A DNA stretch of 64,000 bases, taken from Octopus sinensis. Taxonomy: Eukaryota. The notes under the pieces were generated by a model. That model saw only the letters and a list, made by a program, of their open reading frames with translations. It ran no database searches and was not told the DNA's origin. Made by a program: the position numbers and the translations under genes. The first letter of the stretch is position 1. Each line of letters begins with the position of its first letter. Below, piece by piece: positions 52,934-64,000 of this stretch. Where the stretch lies: positions 44,454,001-44,518,000 of the forward strand of contig NC_042997.1 in assembly GCF_006345805.1 (NCBI RefSeq), given 5' to 3'.

Positions 52934-53685
52934 TGAAGGCAGCGAGCTGGCAGAATTGTTAGCACACCGGGCGAAATTTAGCAGTATTTTGTCTGCTACT
53001 ATGTCCCGAGTTCACATTCTGCTGAGGTCGACTTGACCTTTCATCCTTTCGAGGTCAATAAATTAAGCACCAGTTGAGTACTGAGGTCGATGTAATCGAA
53101 CATCCCCCTCCCCCAAATGTCAGGCTGTGTGCCTATAGTGATCACGTGACCGACCAGACCATCAGATGTTGTTACACATCGCTGGTCACAATGCGTTCGC
53201 ATTGTTTTAGCCTTCGAATGACGCCACCCCGCTGGCTAAGCGAGCAGGCCCACAGAAGAAAGAGTGAGAGAAAGAGTGGTGAAAGAGTACAGCAGGGATC
53301 ACCACCCCCTGCCGGAGCCTCGTGGAGCTTTTAGGTGTTTTTGCTCAATAAACACTCACAACGCCCGGTCTGGGAATTGAAACCGCGATCCTGTGACCGC
53401 GAGTTCGCTGCCCTAATCACTAGGCCATTGCGCCTCCACGTGCCTATAGTAGAAAAGATTATTATTATTATTATTATTATTAAGGCTGCGAGCTGGACGA
53501 AATGCTTAGGGGTATTTCACTTGTCACTAGCTACATTCTGATTTAAAATTCTGTCAAGGTCGACTTTGCCTTTCATCCTTTTGGGGTAGATAAATTAAGT
53601 ACCAGTGAGACACTGGGGTTGATGTAATTGACTAGTTCCCTCCCACCAAATTTCAAGCTTTGTGCCTTTAGTAGAAAGGATTATT
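52934..53685 (+). mobile_element. Two tandem Nin/Deu-like SINEs; the first is interrupted by another SINE
   Basis: GGCAGCGAGCTGGCAGAA... heads, GTCGAC...CCTTTCATCCTTT cores and (ATT)n tails. Confidence 0.75.
53140..53439 (-). mobile_element. SINE with a family C head and a different tail; 11-bp target-site duplication
   Basis: GTGCCTATAGT at 53129-53139 and 53440-53450; the head matches 36597 but the tail does not. Confidence 0.85.
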
Positions 53686-54150
53686 ATTATTATTATTATT
53701 ATTATTGAGTGAGATAGTAGCAGATGTCATCAAAGAGACACTGGGGTACAAATATATGAAGCCTAGTATATTCATCATGACTACCCATCAGATAAGGGTA
53801 TTCCAACACATGCATCACAACCATGTGTGTGACATGGTGACCTACTAAGATAAACATCACATAGCCCTGCAGGTGGGGCCCAGTTGTAATTTTCTTCAGG
53901 TTGAGTAGCCCATTCTGCTCAAATAGTCCCTGAATGAGGGTTGTTTAAGGATGATGAATGAAATACCCATGTTTCCAGGGGTGAAATATTCATACCCCAA
54001 AGAATTCCCCTCAACACATGGCTACAATGCTCCCCAACTACTCCTGCTCATGAGCAGAGATGCTCATATGATCAGCCACTCAGGGACATACTCAACTGGT
54101 TACGGTCAGGCAATTGACAAGCAAATCTATGGTATTGAGCAGAAACATAT

Positions 54151-54555
54151 AGGCGCAGGAGTGGCTGTGTGGTAAGTAGCTTGCTAACCAACCACGTGGT
54201 TCCGGGTTCAGTCCCACTGCGTGGCATCTTGGGCAAGTGTCTTCTGCTATAGCCCCGGGCCGACCAATGCCTTGTGAGTGGATTTGGTAGACGGAAACTG
54301 AAAGAAGCCTGTCGTATATATGTATATATATATGTGTGTGTGTGTGTTTGTGTGTCTGTGATTGTCCCCTTAGCATTGCTTGACAACTGAAGCTGGTGTG
54401 TTTATGTCCCCGTAACTTAGCGGTTCGGCAAAAGAGACCGATAGAATAAGTACTGGGCTTACAAAGAATAAGTCCCGCGGTCGATTTGCTCGACTAAAGG
54501 CAGTGCTCCAGCATGGCCGCAGTCAAATGACTGAAACAAGTAAAAGAATAAAAGA
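54151..54555 (+). mobile_element. Family B SINE
   Basis: Full-length match to the family. Confidence 0.9.
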
Positions 54556-54654
54556 GCCCAGGTAAGTGCTTTGCCATCAATTCATTGAGGAAAGTTTACT
54601 GAGAAAATATATCCGTAGAATCTCACTATTAATAGTTAAAAGAGGAGGGGGGAA

Positions 54655-55027
54655 GCACTCCGTCGGTTACGACGACGAGGGTTCCGGTTGATCCGAATCA
54701 ACGGAACAGCCTGCTCGTGAAATTAACGTGTAAGTGGCTGAGCACTCCACAGACACGTGCACCCTTAACGCAGTTCTCGGGGATATTCAGCGTGACACAG
54801 AGAGTGACAAGGCCGGCCCTTTGAAATACAGGTACAACAGAAACAGGAAGTAAGAGTGAGAGAAAGTTGTGGTGAAAGAGTACAGCAGGGATCACCACCA
54901 TCCCCTGCCGGAGCCTTGTGGAGATTTTTGGTGTTTTCGCTCAATAAACACTCACAACTGTGAATCGAAACCGCGATCCTACAACCGCGAGTCCGCTGCC
55001 CTAACCACTGGGCCATTGCACCTCCAC
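54655..55027 (-). mobile_element. Family C SINE
   Basis: Reverse complement of 55695-56076, with a small deletion in the head. Confidence 0.9.
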
Positions 55028-55255
55028 AATAGTTAAAAACTATTTTATTGAAAAGAAAAAAGCAGCAAATTGATGACGGTGAAATTTCCCTGCAGTGAAT
55101 TGATGACAGTGAACTTACTGAACATATTTACACCAAGATAAAACAATGTACATGATAACACTTCCAATCAGTTAAGATCAGAAGCCATGAGAGGTACTGC
55201 CTAGTACTGCATCAGGGCATTTGTTGTTGTGAGAGTCACGACACTCCCTGTGAGA

Positions 55256-55505
55256 ACATCATCATCATCGTTTAACGTCCGTTCTCCATGCTAGCATGGG
55301 TTGGACGGTTCGACCGGGGATCTGGGAAGCCAGAAGGCTGCACCAGGCTCCAGTCTTATCTGGCAGTGTTTCTACAGCTGGATGCCCTTCCTAACGCCAA
55401 CCACTCCGTGAGTGTAGTGGGTGCTTTTTACGTGCCACCTGCACTGGTGCCAGGCGAGGCTGGCATCGGCCACGGTCGGATTGGTGCATTTTACGTGCCA
55501 CCTGC
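55256..55505 (-). mobile_element. Family M retroposon
   Basis: (CAT)n followed by the family block. Confidence 0.85.
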
Positions 55506-55694
55506 AGACTTGACTAAATGACTATAAATAGTAGCGGTCTGAGTGAGAGACAGAAAGAGTGGGCGTTAATTGCAGGAAGTTGTAAGGTGTTGTTTTGTCC
55601 GAATATCGTTTGTTGGTTCGTGTATGGTTTGTGGAGAGTTTGTTGGATTGCTATGTTGCTGCTACCCTGCTTTGTTATATATGTTTATTGTTGT

Positions 55695-56076
55695 GGAGGC
55701 GCAATGGCCCAGTGGTTAGGGCAGCAGACTCGCGGTCATAGGATCGCGGTTTCGATTCCCAGACCGGGCATTGTGAGTGTTTATTGAGCGAAAACACCTA
55801 AAGCTCCACGAGGCTCCGGCAGGGGATGGTGGTGATCCCTGCTGCATTCTTTCACCACAACTTTCTCTCACTCTTACTTCCTGTTTCTGTTGTACCTGTA
55901 TTTCAAGGGGCCGGCCTTGTCACTCTCTGTGTCACACTGAATATCCCCGAGAACTACGTTAAGGGTGCACGTGTCTGTGGAGTGCTCAGCCACTTACACG
56001 TTAATTTCACGAGCAGGCTGTTCCGTTGATTCGGATCAACCGGAACCCTCGTCGTCGTAACCGACGGAGTGCTTCC
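55695..56076 (+). mobile_element. Family C SINE
   Basis: Full-length match to 36597-36980. Confidence 0.9.
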
Positions 56077-58562
56077 ATCCCATATGTTTATTGTTACTAC
56101 ACGGTTAAAGTGTAAACAGGCATCGTCTTAAATAGTGGACGAGAAACTACATTACAATAGCATTATCATCATTATTATTATTATTATCATCTCTTTTTGA
56201 AAAAAAAATTTATAACTCAGTTAAAGCACAATATAATCATTAATATGTGATGTGAATTGACTTGGGTTGTTGGGTGTAAAAAACACTGCTGTTTTTTGTT
56301 GATGGTATGTAGTTCTGGAAAAGGAAAACTAGGAAGTAGTGATGAAGTGTTATAATGTTGGCTATGAGGTGGTGTTCATTCTCATCAATACCATAGTTAT
56401 TACTTAAAGTAGTAAATATATCTCTCCTAAAAGTCTGAGATTTTATTTTATAGACATGGACCTGCAAGAAACTCATTCTGCTCTGGACCACTCTCTCAAA
56501 CCTTCCCCCTCTCTATTCCTTATCCTCCTTGCATAAAGATTCCCCCACCTAACCCGGAGTACATAGTCTTGCAAGTTGCATGGCAACCCCCAGCAGTACT
56601 GGTAGTACAAGAAAAATGCTTCCAACTTGCACTGTTAAGTGGTTGGTGTTAGAAAGGTCATCTGGCCATAGAAACCATACCGAACAAAAACTGAAATATA
56701 ATGTAGTTCTTGGGCCTATTAGAGTCTGTCAAACCATCCAACCCATGCTAACATGGAGCATAGATGTTAAATGATGATGATTTAGTAGAACTGAAAAAAA
56801 AAAGAAAAGGAAGATAATTAAATCCTTTTCAATTTACTGTTAGGTTGAATTATTCCCTTCAGAAATAACATACCCAGGTATGCATGCATTTCATCAACAC
56901 TTGTACAAACAAAACTGGCTGCTCTCTTTTGTTTATTATGCAAATTAGTTTGTTGGCTGATAAAATAAGTGGAAAATGTTTTCCCCAATACAATTAAGTG
57001 GAAAATGTTGCCCCTTTCCTCTGCAAAAAAACCCCCAAAAAACCCAAAACAAAAACTAAAATCTTCACATTAAGCCCCAAAGGTATTTTTGGATCAACAG
57101 CACTTGCAAAAGGATCAGTGTCCAATTCTTCAAGTAATATTTTGGTCTGAGTCACTTGAGGGAAAATTGGATCCAAGTTAGACAATGAAGTCCGCATTGA
57201 AGAAATAAATATATCTCACTGTTTATCATCTCTAAAGCCTTATCTGCCAAAAATTCAATGATTATATAATTAAATAAGCTGTTGCATAATACATAATTAG
57301 AGTCATTTTTCAAAGAATGTTTCGATAAAAAAACAAACAAATGCAATAAGTTGCAAAAATTTAGGAACATTTGGGTTGATTTTAATAACAACATTACAAA
57401 TTGTAGGTATATGATAGAAGAATGGATTAAAGTTTTCTCATTTAGATTACAGATGTTATAACTTCCTTTAAAACAAATGTAAACATGGGTTGTTTAATTC
57501 ATGTAGTTTCAAGTGATCTAAGACTGATAGACAGATACGGTACCATACATATTTGTGTCATGCAGGATGTTAGAGTTAGTATTTTGTATAGTCTCAGTAC
57601 AAGTTCTAGTTTGTATCAATGCTTATCCTCATTTTATTTATACTTAGCTCATGTATATTGATTATAGATTATAGAACCAACAAGAAACATGACTTAGCGT
57701 AAAAATCTATGTAATTTGTGTACCTGTGTAATTTATGCAGGTTATTTTCAGGATAAAAATTATTTGAAAAAAAAGCTTCTACTCATGTAAAATTTGCACC
57801 TGAATGTGCGATATGGCCGGGGGGGAAAAGCTTTTCAATTTAGTTGTATTTAGCATAATTTCACTTATGATTAGATTTTATTAAATTTTCATCAAATAAA
57901 AATAATTTCTGTTTAACAGGTAGAAAGTTATTAAATTACGAAGTGTTTGTATTGTTTATAATAAACTTTATTTGACATTTCTTACCTACAAGAAATTATG
58001 TCCAATCTTAGCATACTTTTGTATGTCTTCTCAAATCACAATCACAAGAAAAGTTGTTGATAATTCTTACCAACAAAAACAAAGCTGATAAATATGCACA
58101 AGTGTAGCAAAATAAGTTTAATTACCAATAAATATCAGCTTGGATGAGACTTTACTCAACTGACAGAGGAAGGTGACCGATCAAACTGATTATGTAAACA
58201 GAATTTTGATTGGTCGAAAGTGTCTTCTTGTCGCAAGCTCTGATTTTCTGTTTATTCTTGTCAGAACTTTTGATTTGGAATATTGAAATTTTAATCCCTT
58301 TCACACTTATAAAATGTCAAGCAAACTTAAAAATTTGTCATTACCGTTTTAGTTGGGAGACCAAACTGATAGTTTGGTAACCTTCTAAAATAAATATTAA
58401 AAATTGAAAGGAGAAAATAAACAGCTTTGCAAGTTTAACTCAGTGTTTATTGAACAAGAGATGTGCGAAATTTAAGAAGCAACTTGTTAGAATGTACACG
58501 TCTGCGAGGAGTCATAAACAAGAATAGCAAAAATCAACTATACCAAAAGAACTGGTAATACA

Positions 58563-58980
58563 TACTCTTTACTCTTTTTATACTCTTTTACTCGTTTCAG
58601 TCATTTGACTGCGGCCATGCTGGAGCACTGCCTTTAGTCGAGCAAATCGACCCCGGGACTTATTCTTTGTAAGCCCAGTACTTATTCTATCAGTCTCTTT
58701 TGACGAACCGCTAAGTGACAGGGACGTAAACACACCAGCATCGGTTGTCAAGCAATGCTAGGGGGAAAAACACAGACACACAAACACACACACACACTTA
58801 TATATATATACATATATACGACAGGCTTCTTTCAGTTTCCGTCTACCAGATCCACTCACAAGGCATTGGTCGGCCCGGGGCTATAGCAGAAGACACTTGC
58901 CCAAGATGCCACGCAGTGGGACTGAACCCAGAACCATGTAGTTGGTTAGCAAGCTACTTACCACACAGCCACTCCTGCGT
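58563..58980 (-). mobile_element. Family B SINE
   Basis: Full-length match to the family. Confidence 0.9.
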
Positions 58981-59099
58981 CTCATTACAAGTCTCATTAC
59001 AAGTGTTCTACGAAGAGAACATAAGACTGCTGCATAATTCAACATGACTGTGAAATGACATTAAACATCGTATAAGGTAAATGAAGGTTTCTGTAGGAA

Positions 59100-59321
59100 C
59101 CCTACGTCATATTCACTTAGTTCACACGCACAAGGATGAACTATGATGTTGTCGTTGGTGTAAGATGCAGTAAGAGCTGGTTGCAGCGATGTCGGCGGTG
59201 ATGAATTTCATAGTCCTAACGTGGAGGAAGTGAGCAATAGCTTCCTGGGAGCAAACGCAAGCTAGACTTCTTAAGTGGAGAAAAACTGATCTATTTAAGG
59301 AAATTGCTGGGCTCCATTGCG
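59100..59321 (+). promoter_or_regulatory. CpG-retaining segment; possible first exon of a second + strand gene
   Basis: Dense CpGs in non-repeat DNA (extending about 58180-59720), ending at a donor-like GCG|GTAGGT. Confidence 0.3.
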
Positions 59322-59761
59322 GTAGGTAGAAACTCAAAGCAATGTAAAATATGGCCTGGACTGTGATTACCAGCATGAATGTCAAACTTCAGAAAGTAGT
59401 TAACCATTTAATGGTTTTAGAAAATTTATACAGAAAACGTAAGCATTTTACCGTCCAGCATAAATAAAAGTCTACTTTATATTTTTTCTGTAAAAACTTA
59501 TTCTGACATTAAATGAGTCAACTTCTGGTACAAATATTTACATTTGTATGTAATTTTTCAACAAAAAAGATTCTGGAAATGATCTACTTTTGTAATTCAC
59601 ACATCCGCTAAAGATTATTTTTGTTTCTTGCGAGAAAAAGTGTGTAAATTACATGGGTTTTTCCAGTAATTTATTGCTGTATTTCATCCCGAAAGTTGAA
59701 GAATCGAAAAGAAACCAAACGTTTCTATAAATGGTGCAATATCAAAAACATTTCATTTTCT

Positions 59762-60168
59762 TTTATTCTTTTACTTGTTTCAGTCATCTGACTGTGGCCA
59801 TGCTGGAGCACCACCTTAAAGGGTTTTAATTGAAGAAATCAATCCCAGGACTTATTCTTTGTAAGCCTAGTACTTATTCTATCAGTCTCTTTTGCTGAAC
59901 TGCTAAGTCACCAGGACATAAACAAACCAGCTTTGGTAGTCAAGCGATGGCAGGGGGACAAACAAAAACACACTCATAAATACATACACATGTATGCATT
60001 TATACAATAAGCTTCTTTCAGTTTCCGTCTACCAAATCCACTCACAAGGATTTGGTCAGCCTGGGGCTATAGTAAGAGACACTTGCTCAAGGTGCCATGC
60101 TGTCAGACTGTACCTGGAACAATGTGATTAGGAAGCAAACTTCTTACCTCACAGCCATGCCTGCACCT
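59762..60168 (-). mobile_element. Diverged family B SINE
   Basis: Recognisable but mutated copy. Confidence 0.8.
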
Positions 60169-61190
60169 ATTTTATATATTTCAGTTTTACTTTTGACTAA
60201 TCATTTTGATATTTTTTTTACTTTAGCTTTGTAATTTTTTTAGTTTTTTTTGCTACTGTTATTTCATACTTTTTTATTTACTGATCTCACTACTAAATTT
60301 TGTTCCCTGTAGTGGCCAGGAATTTGGGATTTTCCTTTCAACAGACCCTAAAAAATAACAATAATATTGGATAAATTTCTTGTGGAATGGAATTAAACAA
60401 TTGAAGTAATTCATTTGTCCAGGAATCAAAAGAGATGCAATCATCAAAAATTGTAATTTTCACATTTGTTTGGTTATTGAAATAATTTCAAACATCTTTT
60501 CTCAAGAATTACACTTCATAAAAATAATACAGCACCAGGTATATTATGGAGTAAAGTATAGTTTGTGTTCATGTAGCTAACGGCAGCAAGAAAATTAGAT
60601 TGTGGTATGCAGATAACAATAATAAAAAATCAGGTGAACATAAACATTGTATTTGTTTGTGTCTATCACAGACTCTCTTTTGAATTTAGGTTGTCAGATA
60701 ATGTTAATTACATGATTTTTATGGTTTTAATTAAAATCTAATTGAAAATCTGTAATCTACACTGCCATTGGCAAATAAAGTAAAAACTGTTAACTGCTCT
60801 TCTGGTGTGCATGTGTGATGGCCTAGTTGTTTAGAAACTGGCATCAGAATTCCATATTATTTCTTCTTGAAGTTGGTCAAGAATTTGTTTTAGATGCAAA
60901 TATTCTGATGTGTCCTTAGGCAAGATAGTTAGCTTGCTTAAGGTAACATTGCTTTTCAGTATTATTCTACCCAGGAAGCTAATCTATTATTATATACTTG
61001 CTTTTTTAAGTGAAGAGAATGTTATAAAATTGGAGACACCTACCTGTCCTATTTCACTTTGTTGCTTACTCATAGAAACGAAGTTGTCATATGATCCTCT
61101 GTCCATTTTATTCTGCTGTCAAGTTTCTATTTATTCTAGTCATTTTTGCAATCAGACAAGAGACGTTTTGGTCTACATGTATTTGAAAGC

Positions 61191-61539
61191 ACGGCTGATG
61201 CCAGCGCGCCTAGACTGGCTTCCGTGTCGGTGGCACGTAAAAAGCACCATCCGAATCGTAGCCGAAGCCAGTGCTGCCTTGACTGGCTTCCATAAAATGC
61301 ACCAATCCGACCGTGGCCGATGCCAGCCTCGCCTGGCACCAGTACAGGTGGCACGTAAAAAGCACCCACTACACTCACGGAGTGGTTGGCATTAGGAAGG
61401 GCATCCAGCTGTAGAAACTTTGCCAGATAAGACCGGAGCCTGGTGCAGCCTTCTGGCTTCCCAGATCCCCGGTTGAACCGTCCAACCCATGCTAGCATGG
61501 AGAACGGACATTAAACGATGATGATGATGATGATGATGA
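61191..61539 (+). mobile_element. Family M retroposon
   Basis: Family block and (GAT)n tail. Confidence 0.85.
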
Positions 61540-61944
61540 GAGCTAGCAAACTTTGGAGAATGATGTGAACAAACGTCATTGGCCATAGATCAGTAACTTT
61601 CATATGAAGGGCAGAATGTAAGCATTCACACTCCTCCTATATACATGCACACAAGCACACTGCTAGCTTTGTGTAGTGTCTGCTTACCAGATTCACTCTC
61701 AAACCATAGGATGGCTCTGAGCTGTAGTAGAAGGCACTTTCTGAAGGTGCCACACTGTGGGACTGGATCTAAAACCACATAGTTAGGGTGCAAGCTTCTA
61801 AATTGTAGAGTTACGCCTGCACTTATAAATATACCTGTGTAAACTATGATTTTAGATCAAGAAATCTGTTATTTTGAAGATTAAATATTGTGATAAACTG
61901 TAATAGCAATGTTTTTTTTCTGTTTTTTTTTAAAACTATATTAG

Positions 61945-62027
61945 TTCAAGCATTGATGAATACAAGATGAAAAGGAAAAATAATGATGAGCTCTTTGAGA
62001 GAATCACATCTTTATTCTGTTTATTGG
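61945..62027 (+). CDS. Candidate exon SSIDEYKMKRKNNDELFERITSLFCLL(G)
   Basis: T-rich acceptor ending TATATTAG, only one frame open with purine-rich protein-like codons, donor TGG|GTAAAA (phase 1). Confidence 0.4.
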
Positions 62028-62638
62028 GTAAAAATACTAATAATTACACTGTAGATTGTGTTATTCTGATCTCAAGGTTTGTGCATCTGAGTTTCATGTG
62101 CCATATTATCAGATGTTACTACTGTTGTGTACAAACTGAAGTACTCTCTGTGGTCACATCATTTCTTCATCTTGCATATAACAATGTTGATAAAACGGCT
62201 CAAGATTTGGCTTGTGTTATCTATTGAGTGGGTTTAGTGCACATCTCAGAAACAGCATGAATATTGCAAATCTCTTCCCCATTTCTCACACTCTGAAACA
62301 TAATGCCTACCTAAGAGAAGGCAATAGGCCTTCTCTTTTTACCATTTTCTTCCTTTTTTCAAATCTTTCACAATTTCTATTTGCAGTGGTAAGTTGTTGA
62401 TTTAGTGGTGGAAATTGAATAGATCTCACAGGACAGTTAGCAGATGTATAGATTTCTCTACAGCACTACAACTGTCATCCATAAACAGTTGCAATTTGTT
62501 GTGATTCTCAATGTCTATTTAGTTTAACATATATACTTGATAAGTCTTCATATTCTGAGTTGGACTTTATTACATAAACCACTGTTGTACGCTTTTTATA
62601 TTAAATACTTGTCAGTATTGTTATTGTCTTTTTGGCAG

Positions 62639-62739
62639 GGAGGGTAACTCTAATTGCTTCAGATTGGACTGGCCGGTGCCACTCAACTAGCACATTGGAA
62701 GACCGAGATAACTTACAAATCAAGCCCCTTTTTAATGAA
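62639..62739 (+). CDS. Candidate exon (G)RVTLIASDWTGRCHSTSTLEDRDNLQIKPLFNE
   Basis: Acceptor TTATTGTCTTTTTGGCAG; the open frame is phase-compatible with 61945-62027; GC is locally raised. The donor GTATAC is weak. Confidence 0.4.
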
Positions 62740-63352
62740 GTATACTTTTTTTTTAAATACCCAATCTGATTATTTCATTGCTTTGTGGTTCCTGGCAGAA
62801 TAAATGTCCAGGTGAAAATTGGAAAGGCTTGAACCGTGAACTTATATAATATCAAACTATCACATCTGTTCTACCACTAAATTAACAACTCACCTTTGCA
62901 AATAGAAATTGTGAGAGATTTGTAAGAAGGAAGGAAATGGTAAAAACAAAAGGAAATTTATTTAAATAACCTTTAAGTTAAGAATTATTTAGCAGAGTAT
63001 GAAGTTTAGTTTCTCAGGACATTGACATTGGAATATTTGAAAGTAAACATTGTTATAATGATGTATGAGTTGATGTCAGAATGTTAGAGTACAGTTATAT
63101 AGCTTCATAGAATTTAGTTCAGTATTTTGCTATCATTTCTCTGGGGTCAATAAACTAAGTATTAAGTACATTAGTAGCTTTGATTCACTCAGCTTCCTTT
63201 CATTAAAAAAGGACCCCCATTGATAGTCACAAGAAATCCTACATGTTGTCAACATTCATTGTAAAATTCAAACTTTTATCTGTTTATAGTTCAGTGCTCA
63301 TTTGGACTGTTGCCAAATGTGACCAAAGCTACTCTTGGGAATTCTGTGAAAA

Positions 63353-64000
63353 TCTCTATATATATAAACGGCAGTTTGTCTGTCTGTGTGTCTGTCAGGT
63401 TGTACCCTCACCCTGACCACGGCTTTCAACCGATTCTGATGAAACTTGACACACACATAGCCCAATGTCATAATTCAAAACTAACGCAGTGAAAATTTTT
63501 TAAAGTTCCCCCAGTTCTGAAAAAAATTGATAAATTCGACATGGGGTCGAGAATCTAAGCTTTTTATATGCAACACATTTTCTGTTCTAGTTTTCGCAAC
63601 TTGCAATCGATTTTCACCAAACTCATGGTGAAGCTTAATGTTACCCTAAGAAACTTAATTCTGATGTTAGTTTTCCATGCAATACCTTACCATCAGAAAA
63701 AATCGATAAAATCATGCCATTTTGGGAAATCGCGTTCAAATTCAAGATGACATCTTTTCGACAATATCTTTCACAAATTGGCAGGAATTTTTTAAAAATT
63801 CACAGCAAGCATCATTTCTGCTCCAAGGAGCTATATGGCCCTTTTTATTCCAATAGGATACTTTATTACTGGAAAAAATCGGTTAATTAAATCATATGTG
63901 GGACACAACTCGACCTTTTTATCGCCCAAAGGGACAGCTAGGAACATTCGTATACACAAAAGTATTCGAGTGAAGAGAAGACATTGCAACCTACACATGC
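63353..64000 (+). mobile_element. Helitron 5' portion (long variant), 3' end outside the window
   Basis: A|TCTCTATATATATAAACGGCAG...; the first ~200 bp match the reverse complement of 34170-34382. Confidence 0.75.

Noticed and set aside
60313-60358. Talin-F0-like peptide GQEFGIFLSTDPKK
   Set aside because: The frame stops immediately after it and the following talin motif (GIWLE) is absent; likely chance.
113-63750. Most ORFs in the supplied track (e.g. MLGGQTQTH..., MSSNARGTN..., MLAWVGRFD..., MVVIPAVLF...)
   Set aside because: They recur at each SINE copy and are translations of non-coding repeats or microsatellites, not genes.

Overview
AT-rich eukaryotic genomic DNA dominated by interspersed repeats. 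The SINE, MITE and Helitron families look like those of coleoid cephalopods, probably Octopus. That is my inference from remembered repeat families, not a database result. Almost every ORF in the supplied track is a by-product of a repeat or microsatellite. The window holds: (1) dozens of SINE-type retroposons from at least five families; (2) non-autonomous Helitrons with intact TC...CTAG ends; (3) TTAA-flanked piggyBac-like MITEs; (4) a TA-flanked pogo/Tigger-like MITE inflated by about 22 copies of a 30-bp unit; (5) a young 5'-truncated CR1-group LINE plus older RTE and probable Penelope remnants; (6) a near-identical ~795-bp tandem duplication; (7) a ~690-bp foldback at the left edge. Splice signals and short protein-like frames suggest an intron-rich + strand gene (about 5.5-49 kb) and the start of a second + strand gene after about 59 kb. 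I could not identify either product, and the exon calls are tentative. I found no CRISPR array, rRNA or bona fide tRNA gene, and no convincing novel multi-gene system. The most interesting signals are transposon-evolution structures and the unidentified candidate genes.
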